Shown here: in pieces, positions 52,646 to 64,000 of the stretch
How the letters are laid out: each line of letters begins with the position of its first letter
How positions within the stretch are numbered: the first letter of the stretch is position 1
DNA from: Octopus sinensis
Lineage: Eukaryota
Reading direction: 5' to 3'
Length of the DNA: 64,000 nt
Assembly (NCBI RefSeq): GCF_006345805.1
Contig: NC_042999.1
Location: 146,692,001 to 146,756,000, forward strand
Program-made: the position numbers and the translations under genes
The notes under the pieces: model-generated
Told to the model about the DNA's origin: nothing
Databases searched by the model: none
The model's input: only the letters and a program-made list of their open reading frames with translations

Positions 52646-53619
52646 TCTAGGAAAATAGAGCAAAGACTTTCAGTTGGTCTACCTGTCGAAAGAGTTGTAC
52701 TAACGACGCTCTACCATTCCTGTAATAGTATATTACGAAGTTCTTCTCTATCGAAATATGTCGTCTGAAAATAGCATGAAAATCTCTCCCAATTCTCACA
52801 CTTTAATTATCGTTTATTCAAATTAGGCAGAATAAATTTGATAACGAATTAAAATGCTTTGAAAGATTGGATAGTCAAGGTTAAAGGGCCTTTGATCGTA
52901 GGTTTACTCGAACGTGGCTGAGCAAGGGTTTAACAACAACTACTACTACTATTACCTAATATTAATCATAAGTTCTTCCACACTAACAGCTGCAGTAATC
53001 ATTTCTCACAGTATTCTCTTAAGGCATTGAACATCAATACACATGCAATCAAGAATTTCAAGTAGGAGAAAAAATACCCAGTAGTCCACTCTTTAATTCC
53101 AATGTAAAGACGCAATGTATACAGCTATTTAATTATCCTGCTAGCTCTCACATTTTCACGCTCTCTCTCTAAACTTTCTCCATGTCTTTCATCCTTTCAC
53201 TATTTCACGCAGTGTCTCTCGCTTTATCTTTCTCTAATGAATTACAGCTAGGGGTGAAAGGAAGAATGGTTTGCGGAATGAATGCAATATGTTATTGATT
53301 GTAACAACAAAAAACAACCAACCGCTTGTCATTACTGATCAATAATATGAGACTCACTCGCCCACATAAACATGGGCCTGCTTTCAGTCGTAGAGACTCA
53401 GACACAAACTTACACATAAACGCATGCCTCAAAGTAAATATGCGTTTATGTTTATGCATAAAACATCAATCTGCAATTGCTGGGCAACACACATACTCAC
53501 ACATATACGCAGGCACCCCCAGCCTCACACACACGCAAACGGGTATGTAGGTATATACAAACATGTATATATATATGCACAAAGACAAATAAGCATAAAC
53601 ACACACATATGTATGTGTC

Positions 53620-53850
53620 TAGGGCGGCGAACTGGCAGAATCGTTAGCACGCCAGGCGAAATGCTTAGTGTTATTTCGTCTGTCTTTACGTTCTGAGTTC
53701 AAATTCTGCCGAGGTCGACTTTGCCTTTCATCCTTTCGAGGTCAATTAAATAAGTACCAGTTACGCACTGGGGTCGATATAATCAACTTAACCCCTTTGT
53801 CTGTCCTTGTTTGTTCCCTCTATGTTTAGACCCATGTGTGCAATAATGAA
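53620..53850 (+). mobile_element. SINE family B, full length
   Basis: ggcggcgaactggcagaatcgttagcacgcc..gaggtcgactttgcctttcatcc.. Confidence 0.9.
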
Positions 53851-53909
53851 ATATATATATACATATCCGTGTTTGGTTTTAATATATGTATGTATGTATG
53901 TATGTATGC

Positions 53910-53944
<35 letters not shown>

Positions 53945-54044
53945 ATATATATATGTAGGTCCCGGGTTGAGTCGGGGTTAACCACAGTAAATAAGGTACT
54001 CAATACATAGCAGAGTAAATTAATTTATTTTATTTTATAGAAGG

Positions 54045-54095
54045 AGCTTCTGCAGGACTAGAACTGTTTCATTCAAAAGAAATCATCAGGAAGCT
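54045..54095 (-). ncRNA. Hammerhead motif, mirror copy with U16.1 to C change (predicted inactive)
   Basis: Reverse complement of 54092-54142 except at 54052, which turns the GTA triplet into GCA. Confidence 0.65.
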
Positions 54096-54142
54096 TCCTG
54101 ATGATTTCTTTTGAATGAAACAGTTCTAGTCCTGTAGAAGCT
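54092..54142 (+). ncRNA. Type I hammerhead ribozyme motif
   Basis: Stem I AGCTTC/GAAGCT; core CTGATGA (54098-104); short stem II TTC-TTTT-GAA closed by T.T; GAAA (54117-20); stem III ACAG/CTGT around TTCTAGTC; GTA triplet with predicted cut after 54136. Confidence 0.75.
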
Positions 54143-54157
54143 CCTTCTATAAAATAA

Positions 54158-54211
<54 letters not shown>

Positions 54212-54288
54212 GCATGTATGTGTGTATATATATATATATACACATTCATATCTGTATATATATGTATGTATATACCTGCATATATGTT

Positions 54289-54326
<38 letters not shown>

Positions 54327-55591
54327 ATTGCTTTCTTGCTTGTGTGTTTATTCGAAATTGTATTCTTGTGAAGAAAGTGACCGTATGCGGATGCGTATGC
54401 ATATATGAAAATATATTCCCACATACACCGTTACATACGTGTGTGCGCGTGGGCGTGTGTGAGTGTGTGTCTGTGTGGTTGAGTCTGTATGTCTACGTGA
54501 GTGTGTATGTTGTGAATGTATTTACACAACGTAAACGTATGTGTTCTATGTAAATTAATATATTCTTATAATTGCATGTGTGCATATATGCTTACTTATA
54601 CGCTTGTGTGCGAGTGTGTATGTGATTAATTCATATGTTGTACATCTGTTGATGGATGGCTGACGAGAATTACTGAAGTTTGTAACAATTACTTTCATGT
54701 TGCTGCGTTGCTTCCAAATTTTATTAATTAATGTTACATTAATTATTGTTAATTATCGTTTGTGTGCTTCTGTTGATTCTATTTCTGCTTTTTGATAGCT
54801 AAACCTCCAATGGCGAAAAATACAGTGGAATACAAACACGGTGATTTTATTTTAGCTAGTTTTTTTTTTGTGTTTTCTTTGTATTGTTATATTTATTTGC
54901 TGGTTTAGTCCCACGATAAATTTGGTGGAATAGACGTGTGAGTTAACAACATTCCTGTCGTGTCTATTTAATTTGTTTTATAGAAATATCCAGGATTACC
55001 ATCATTGTGTATTTTAAAACAACCTCTTCCTGCTCCCCCTCCTCCTCCTCTTCTCTAGGACAAACGTTACTGTCTCGAGTCCTATGACACATAAAGCTTG
55101 TATCTGGTCTCCATGGCGCATAAATGCTCAGAAATTCAACAGTTTTACTAAACGGGACACCGGTTCATCGCAGGCTTACACATTTAGATCTGAGCAGACT
55201 GACCCAATGTGAAATGAACAACTTTGCTCAAGAAGACATCTCGTCTCCTAGCCCAGTAGTCGAATCTATGATCTTTCGATCGCGTTTGCAATAACATAAC
55301 TACTAGCACATGTGATTATGTTATTTTGAACGGTTCAGGGTTGTCAGTTAAAGATTTGGGTGCTCTTTCTAGCAGATAATGGCTAAAAAATAAAAGCCCT
55401 TAAGATGTATCACTGTGTAACTGTCATATGCATTGGTAGTATATTCTTTATTATATATATATAAATATAATGACAAACCTATGAGGTTAATAAGCTTGCA
55501 TATTATGTCCAGGGTTAGCATAGTTAATTATACCGGTAGTATAACGGATAGTTTTATCCTTTAGACGGTTATTCGAACCTCTAACTTATAC

Positions 55592-55637
<46 letters not shown>

Positions 55638-56600
55638 CATATATATATGTGTGTGTGTGTGTGTTTGTGTGTGTATGTATTCCAACGATATCCTGGAGAG
55701 CTCATATTAATTCTGCATTTCAAACACGTACTGAAACACACTGAGTTTACATTCTAAGGTCAGATGTACTTCAGTTTAGAGTTAGAAGAATATGGTGGAG
55801 CACTTACGTCAGCAATTTTATTCTTCTGAATCGCTATCTTTCTGTGTATATATGTGAGTGAGGTTACCTGTGTAGCGTCTATAGTTGATTTTTTTCCCGT
55901 TGAACGAATCAGTTGTTACTCAACGCTCTTTCGTACAGATAAACAGGAGTGCAATATACACTTTATATACTATTCTTCTGGACACTGGAATGTAATTGAC
56001 GTTGTTATTTTAAAAAAAATATTATAGGGGTTGCACATAGTTATGGTTAAGAAATTTGATTTGAAACTTTAGAGTTGCAGGTTTGATCTGACTGTATGGC
56101 AATATAGACAACTGTTTTATAATTTACCTCAGATTAAAATGAAATTAACAGGTGGAATCTGTACGATAGCCCATCAGTGGAATCGTTCATACTACTGGAT
56201 ATTAAATATAATTTTTTAATGCTACCAGTTGCCTTACATACCTTGACTAGCATACACTAAACATAAAAATTCGCTCCGGGGTTTGAAAATAAGTGTTTGA
56301 CCCAACCCTAAAATAGACGTTTCTTTTTATATTTCTCGGGCCCTACAACTCAGAGGATCGGTTTTTCTGTTCCAAGCGTGTTAGTGACCGAGATCCGTTT
56401 CAAGGCTTAAGGTTACTAATTTTGAGAAGAGGGTTAAGTCTATTACGTTGGCGCTAATGCTTGACTGAGATCGGCGGGATTTTAAATAGTGCGAATATAA
56501 AGATCCCCGAAGAAATGCTGCTAAGCGTTTTCCTCGATATACTAACTATTCTTCAAGCTGTCCACTGTATACATACAACATACATACACACAAACACACA

Positions 56601-56649
<49 letters not shown>

Positions 56650-59600
56650 ATATTTCGGAATGGTCATTTTGCCAGTTTAGCCAATAAAAACACACGCACT
56701 GTATATTTGGTGTTATTTTGCTTCAGTGTTGTTTATTTTTTACATTAATCTTAATCTTATTTCGGCCAGAGTTCTTTCCCCACACTCCTGTGACCGCATC
56801 AGTGGTCCTTTGTTTTCTTCTTTCTTATTTGTGTCTCTCCTTACTAACCGTCAGCCATTTTGTATTTTTATTATATGTCTTCATTTGCGCATGCTTATAT
56901 CTCTATGTGCGTCTATGTTTATTTAGTGTGTGTGTGGGGGGGATGTCAGTAATATTTGTATCTTCTGTTTATATACGTTCATGTAATTTGTTTTTGTTGT
57001 TGTTGTTTTTGTTTATTCTTATTTTGTTCATGTGTTTACATCCACTTATTATTATCATTACATATGCTTGTATGTATGTATGTATAACAACAATACTAGT
57101 AATAATAATAATAAATCAAAAACAAAAAAAAATTTATATAGTTATTTATTTCTATTTGTTTATTTATCTGTGTATTTATTATGTTTTCGGGATCATCTAC
57201 CGTCATATATATCTTTCATTGTATGTATATTTGATCTAGTTTTATTTCGAGTTAAACAGCGCTTATGAATGAATTTTCCACATAACTTTGAAAACCACGA
57301 AAAATGCCGTAAATGACTGGTTCAGTAATCGCTAGAGTTATCAAAACATTTTAAACCTCTACCTCTGATAATGTAAACATCTACAGCTGCTGCTTACATT
57401 TTCTAGTCTATAGCTTTCCACTTCAAACTTGCTCTTTTGCTTGCAGTGATCTGTTCCTCTTAGTATTAGAAAATGTTCATTGTTAGATATGCAAGTTTTT
57501 TTCGATCATTCTGCTTTGATTACGCTGCAGTTGTTTGCCAAGATTTATATTTAATTTCGTTAATTAAAGGCTAATCGAACAAACGGAATAACGAAAACAA
57601 ATAACAAAAGCAGCAAAAATAACTATTTCGAAATAAACAATATATTTGGTATGAGGTATTAATGGAAATAAATAAATAGATGGTAAAGACCGATAAATCT
57701 ATTTCTAATTAGGAAGGAAGATGTTAAGTGTATTTATATATACTTTTTATTTTCTGGCCGATATTTTCGATTATCAATAATAAGATATAAATAAAACGGT
57801 AGAAAATAAAGCAGAGAAGCCAAATGAGGAGGCGTAATATAAGAACTGCAATACAAACTGAATAGTAACCTGTGGCTTTAATAAAAGAAAGCATGAGAAA
57901 CGATATGATGAAAATGAAAGCAGCAGATTCAATGAAAATAAAAAGATGAAAGAAAATTATTATATATTATTTAACTAGAAAAATTTTCTTTATCAGAAAG
58001 AAGAATGGAAATTTATGAAGTTCATGGATGTGACGTTCTATCAGCAGTAGAAGGACAGTTTAATGTCTTTAAGTGTGAATCGAACCTTTTTTAATGATTT
58101 AACACCATTAACAATACTTTATTGTTCTTCAGCACTCGACAAAGAAGAAATATTACTGCTGTGAGAAGAGATTTAGTCGAACGGAAATTCTTGATTGTGT
58201 CATATCTTTACCTAATGGATTATATAGTTGTTGTTATTTGGTTGCCAATAAATTCCAGTTCAAACTAATCTGTAATGAAAGGCATTCCATCCATAGCCAT
58301 CTGTTCCTGTTTTGGGGTGAATAAAATTAATACGATCAAACTGTAGATGATGGAGTGGTTTGGTTGCTCTTTCGAGCATTTGATTCAACTACATCGAAGC
58401 CTTTTCGTACTGAAGTGTATTTTTGTTTGCCATACGTTTTAGAGTAAATTACTAAATATATGCAATTGAAAGCAGAAGCTGAGTTGTGGCTATGGCAGAC
58501 CAAGGACATTTCTTACGCTAAAAAGGAGACACGGATAACGTTTTTCTTGTGAATAGGTAGGAAGGCATCATACTTCAGCGAAAACATGAATAATGGTCTT
58601 CCTTTAATCCGCATATGCATCAACGGTGAACTTATGTTGAAATAGCATTATCTGTTGTTTAAAATGCATTGTAAACTTTAATCACATAGAACCACTCTCA
58701 TATCTAAGTTTCTTCATCTTCCTCTAAGGTGCGCATAACTGAAAATGCCTAGTGAAATCAAATATTAGGGCTGTAGATCGGAGATTGGAATTGAAACAAA
58801 TGAGTTTCAGTGACATCATCCCATCTACTTCAATACATTTTAACCTCAACTCAATTATATTGTCATTGGAAGATTTATGCCTGTATGTAATTTTGTACTT
58901 GTTCATTTATAGGAATTATATGGACCAGCTTAAGATATATCTCTTTAGTAATACATTTTATACGTTTCTTGGAATTGTATCAGTTTCATATACGCGCGGA
59001 TAGAAATAGCATCATCTATGAGATATTTGACAAAATAAACTGAAGTGAAGAATATTTGACATACTTTAATATAACGATAACTGAATGTATTAAAGGATTT
59101 ATTTTCTGCCGCTTTTAATTTTGTCTAGGGTCGCAGTTCACTTCTTACATTGTCGATAATGCTATTATCGTATTCCATTACAAAAAATAAATGTACAAAA
59201 CGCAAACTTTTATCCGCAAAGGAAGCCTAAATATGTTGATGTAAGAAATAATATTCTTCCCTTTACAAGCATAGAAGTGTAGTGTTCAATTAGCGTTTAT
59301 TTAAACGATTCTGGATTTACACAGAATAAAATTGTTACTTAAAAGTTTTCAAAAGTTACAGGAAGACATATGTCTCCTGTAAAGGTAACGTTTATGTTTA
59401 TATACATTTCACTTAAACATCACACAAGTCATCGAGGAACTTCTACATGGCAGGATAACTTGCTAGATATTGTAGCAAAATATCCCTCAGATAAAAATTC
59501 TGCATATTAAAAAATGAAAGGCATATTGAATAATGTCACTGTTTTTTTAACATACTGAAAAGATAAGATAGACGTGGATGGAATAGTTTTTATCATAAAA

Positions 59601-61119
59601 GTACTGACTAATTTGTAGATCTTGGGCTGACAACAAACGCAACTTCACGTTGCCGAGACAAGAAAAGTTCCTTGAAAGTGCTATAAACAAGCCACCATCA
59701 AGATACACATTACTGTTTCGATAATTGAAAAGTACATTGAATATTGCAGTGGTGTAGCGAAAACAGGAATGCGAGTTGGCCAAACTTCCGTCAAAGCTTA
59801 CACTAATTTTAAGAGATGCGACACATACATGCACTTGTGTTCTATTTTTAAGAAGGTCAAAGTCTCATCAGAATTTATTGCAAAACTGAACTAATAAAAT
59901 GGGTTTAATATGATTTAAAATTAAATGATGTTTTATTTTTTTTCGCACAAAAGAATAATATTTTACCAAAGATACGGAAACTATTTAGAAACGAGTTGAA
60001 AATAAACTGGCAGTCCCATTATGACCCTAATGTGTGTGAATTTTCCCATAATTAGTTATCGGCTCAATAAACTTTAGAATACGATTTTATAATTCTATTT
60101 CTAGAATTCCAGTAAACATTCATAACAGATGCCTAATGGGAAATTTGAAGAGGTTGAGAAGACGAAAATTTTTAGTTCTCATACCGAAGGAAGATACAGC
60201 CGAGGATGGATCATCCCGATGTATAAGATGATTTCACTCATGTTTCGTCAAGTAATTTTATGGTGATTTCTTGTAAAATAAATAATAATCGTAGCCGTCC
60301 ATAGAGTAATTCAGATTTTCTTCCAAGTAGTTGTAACTAATTTCACAACGTTACAACTGAATAAATAATACAGTGAAATAATAGGTGAACTAACAATTTG
60401 ATTGCAATTTTAAATAGCTAATCATAGTTTAATAATTTTAGCCATTAATTTGAAAAATTTTAACTATTTCCCTTTAAATCTAATTACGATGTCCGTGCGA
60501 GGATTCTATTTTATTCTTACAAAACCATTGATACGCAGTGTTCATTTTTCATTTCTAATTTCAAATATCCAACCATTTAATATCCTACATACAGTAATAC
60601 CATTATCATAAAACTATTTTCGGTATTTCATCAATGTATATGTCTGGGATTTCATCCTAAATCATTGAATTGTATGGTTGTGTGAGTGGAAAAGAAAACA
60701 AGGAAGTCAATCAGTACGACTGAAATTAAATTACGAATTGAAAACGTAATACCACATTTGTTTAACCAGTAACGCAGGTTCGATATCACTGCGTCGGGTG
60801 TTTTGTCACATCATATTGGATTAAACAAATCTTCAAAGTAGAATTTGGCAGACACCATTGTCGTCGCTGTCGTCATCATCATCGTCTTCGTCGTCCTCGT
60901 CGTCATCATCATCACCACCACCACCAACACTACCACCATCATCATTAACATTTAAGGTCATTAAGGCGGCATGATTTGGACGTTTTCGATAGGATTAAGT
61001 AAGCCGCAGGGACACAAACAGTTTCAATTGTTCTGTGTCGCATTGGCATGGTTTTTACGGCTGGGTGACCTTCCTAATACCAACCAATTTACAGCGTGTT
61101 TCAGGTGCTTTTACTTTCC

Positions 61120-61335
61120 TATTTCTTTACTACCCACAAGGGGCTAAACACGGAGAAGGCAAACAAGGACAGATAAACGGATTAAATCGATTATATCGAC
61201 CCCAGTGCGTAACTGGTACTTATTTAATCGACCCCGAAAGGATGAAAGGCAAAGTCGACCTCGGTGGAATTTGAACTCAGAACGTAACGGCAGAGGAAAT
61301 ACGGCTACACATTTCGCCCGGCGTGCTACAGCACA
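61120..61335 (-). mobile_element. SINE family B
   Basis: Matches 41218-41450. More diverged copies lie at about 19310-19490, 33660-33800, 42340-42470 and 49110-49230. Confidence 0.85.
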
Positions 61336-63390
61336 ACTGAGCCAGAGAAGTCGCCGAGTAACTTGCATGACATACAAAGACCGCGAAGAAGAACGACTGA
61401 AAGGGGGAGATGGGACGTGATTTCTATGCCAGGTATTGAATGACTTAAGTGTGACAGAGACAAGACTAAGTGTCTCGTTATAGAGGAAATACAGAACTAC
61501 TGAAAATTAAATACGAGTGGGCGAGAGTAGTTAGAAAGAAATAGAGATGGCGATGACGTATCACATGAGCATCTCAATATAAAGATGGTGGACATATCAG
61601 GACCATTGGATAGGAGGTTTCATAAGAGTGTGAGGGAAGGAAAATATAATAGATGATTAACGATGAGGGAAAAGGGAATGTACCGATTGATGAAGAAATA
61701 TGGAGAGGTGGCTGATGAAAGATGCCAGTATGGGAGGCAGATAAGGGTTGGATCAAGAAGGGGCAGAATGATGTGCAAGGTGTAGGAGCGGTGGGGAGAC
61801 AAATGTAGAGGTACATAAGTAGGCGATGGAAGGTGGGGCGTGGTGGTAGATACGAGAGATGTGATATTAATAATAGGGTATGACAGGCGAGAGATAACAA
61901 TGGCTGCGGACACAGAAAGGAGGTGGTTAGCGGAAATAGAGTTGGTAAGGATGATAATGAGAAATGGAATTGTTTTAGAGGAGAGAAGAGGGAAATAACT
62001 AGAAGCACCCTACTCGCTGAGAGATTCTCAGCGAGAGATTCTGAACTGTATTTGAGAGAGCATTTTTTCTTTAATGAAGATATGATTAGGTTCTTGAAAT
62101 GCACTCGTTGTAACCGTAACCATTGTTGTTTCTCAGTGTTAACAAATTTTCATTAACGTTTCGCCAATATCTTTATATGATATCCTTTTTAGTATTTCGA
62201 TTATATTACTCTCGCAATGGTGGAATTGTGCGTCAAAATCTCATATTGGTGGGGAGTCTGATAATCGTTCCTTATATTATAATAGTGATTGCTCGACACA
62301 ATTCTCTCTTATGTCAATATGAGTCACTTGGTATTAACTATATTCGTTGCCTAACCAAATCCTCTGACTAGAGGAAGCGGTTTTCTAAAGAAATATTATT
62401 CCACCTTGTGATTTCCAGCAGAATATTAATTATACGCAGCACATTGACAGCAAGCATTCACGTTTAATCCATTATTTTCAGTGCAGAATGATTTATTCAT
62501 TCACTGAGATCTAATACGAGCAAAACAAGTTCAGAGTTATCTCGCTTACTTCCAGAAATGTCTTAATAGGCATGATATAGTTAATACCATTTTCCCTCGA
62601 TAGCAAAATATTTTTGATTACACTTTTGACTACCTCTGTATTACTTCACTATTGATTTACATACAGATGACATTTCTGAGTAATTAGCGTCAATGGTTTA
62701 TTTATTAACTGTCCTTTGAATCATTCAAGCTGGAGAGGATAGGCAAGTTTTTTTAATTAATTACCTGACATTTTTTAAAATCCAAACTATTCATTGGGAA
62801 TTATCTCTTAATGAGCTAAGGCTAAATACTGGTTCAGTTATAGTATGCGTAACATCTGTCCTAGGAAAGACTGATTTAAGAGTACTAAGCTTATCAAAAG
62901 AGCTCTAGCAATCCACTTGATCTCTGCAGAAATACTTACTATACAGAAGTGAGGAAAACGGATGCCCCTCTTTATCCCATCACTTGCTATGACTATCAAA
63001 TCTGAAGATCAAGTCATTTGGTGTAATTGAAGTATATTTATCAAAGCCTGTCATTTAGTCAAATCACATTGTATGTGACTTCAGAAATAAGAAAATCAGA
63101 AACTTAACTTAATAGCCTTTGCTATTACTTCTTAAATAACACTTGAAAAAATTTTACCTAAATAACTTTTAAACTAAATGTGCAAGTAATACAACTTAAA
63201 TATATAGTGTGAGTTTAACTTCTGTTTCTAGCAACCTGTATCATAACAGGTGAAGGGTGCAAATATTTGATGCTTAACTTCAATCTCCACTAAGTTCAAT
63301 GCTGTAATGTTTAATGCACACTTCAGATTGAGTCATGTTTTAGAGTAATGTGAAACAACAACGTTGTAAGTTGTATTCTGTAATATGTGT

Positions 63391-63716
63391 GGAGGCGTGT
63401 GACTCATTGGTTAGAGTATTCGGCTAACGATTGTAAGGTAGTGAGTTCAATACCCGGTGACGTGTTGTGTCCTTGAACAAGACACTTTATTTCATCTTGT
63501 TCCAGTTCATTAAGCTGCCAACAATGAATTGTACATGTAGTTCAAATGGTCAGCTTTGTTACATTCCGTGTCACACTGAATCTCCCTAAGATCTACGTTA
63601 AGGGTTACGCGTGTTTGTAGGGTGCTCAGCCACTTGCACGTGAATTTCACGAGGAGGTCGTTCCGTTCCTAGGATCAAGTGGAACCGTTGCCGTCGTAAC
63701 CGATGGAGTCCCAGGA
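63391..63716 (+). mobile_element. tRNA-derived SINE with CORE-like TGTGTCCTTGAACAAGACACTT segment and family C tail
   Basis: tgactcattggttagag..gagttcaatacc. The tail ctacgttaaggg..tgctcagc..aatttcacgag..gtcgtaaccgatggagt is shared with 32600-32750. Confidence 0.8.
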
Positions 63717-64000
63717 AGTAATATATTGTAAAATGTAGATATTGCTGTTCAACAATAAGTATATAACTTTATAAAATACTGTAACCAACGCTCCGAAATA
63801 CAGCTTATTATCTTATAGATAGAAAGCTTACATACTGCAGACTGTATAATGAATATATAAGTATCTCTTTATAGTACAGCATGTATAACTTATAAGCTGT
63901 ATTATAAAGCATAATAAACTGTTGAAAAATATATCCTGTACAAAATTGCGTGATTCCCGAATTATTGTTCATAAAGTGTAACATATATATCATGTGATAA

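Larger units (their letters stand above)
54029..54158. repeat. 130-bp spacerless palindrome with one mismatch
   Basis: Centre AAG|CTT at 54093/54094; 65-bp arms; single mismatch at 54052/54135. Confidence 0.95.

Noticed and set aside
56718-57239. 173-aa hydrophobic ORF
   Set aside because: T-rich low-complexity sequence overlapping repeats, with no domain signature.
59357-59384. Short imperfect palindrome TTACAGGAAGACAT/ATGTCTCCTGTAA
   Set aside because: Too short and isolated to interpret.

Overview
This is AT-rich eukaryotic DNA, dense in microsatellites and retroelements. The repeat families resemble those I recall from coleoid cephalopods (Octopus-like); that is an inference, not a database result. 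I found no host protein-coding exon I can support, so the window reads as intronic or intergenic. Nearly all ORF-track entries are microsatellite translations. Supportable content: (1) a young, 5'-truncated RTE-clade LINE RT region (34.3-35.8 kb) and an old RTE endonuclease relic (44.8-45.8 kb); (2) two restriction-like-endonuclease (RLE) non-LTR fragments, one a Dong/R4-like copy inserted in the (TAA)n tract of a SINE and one split by a solo LTR with a 4-bp TSD; (3) a probable Penelope-like protein relic; (4) many tRNA-derived SINEs from several modular families, some with clear TSDs; (5) a probable Helentron-associated non-autonomous element. The most striking pattern is a set of head-to-head fold-back elements from unrelated sequence families whose arms carry minimal type I hammerhead ribozyme motifs (21.6-22.0 kb, 54.0-54.2 kb, and a core-variant at 16.0-16.2 kb). 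A tRNA-headed SINE family also carries a hammerhead motif in its tail, and several other near-perfect palindromes are present.
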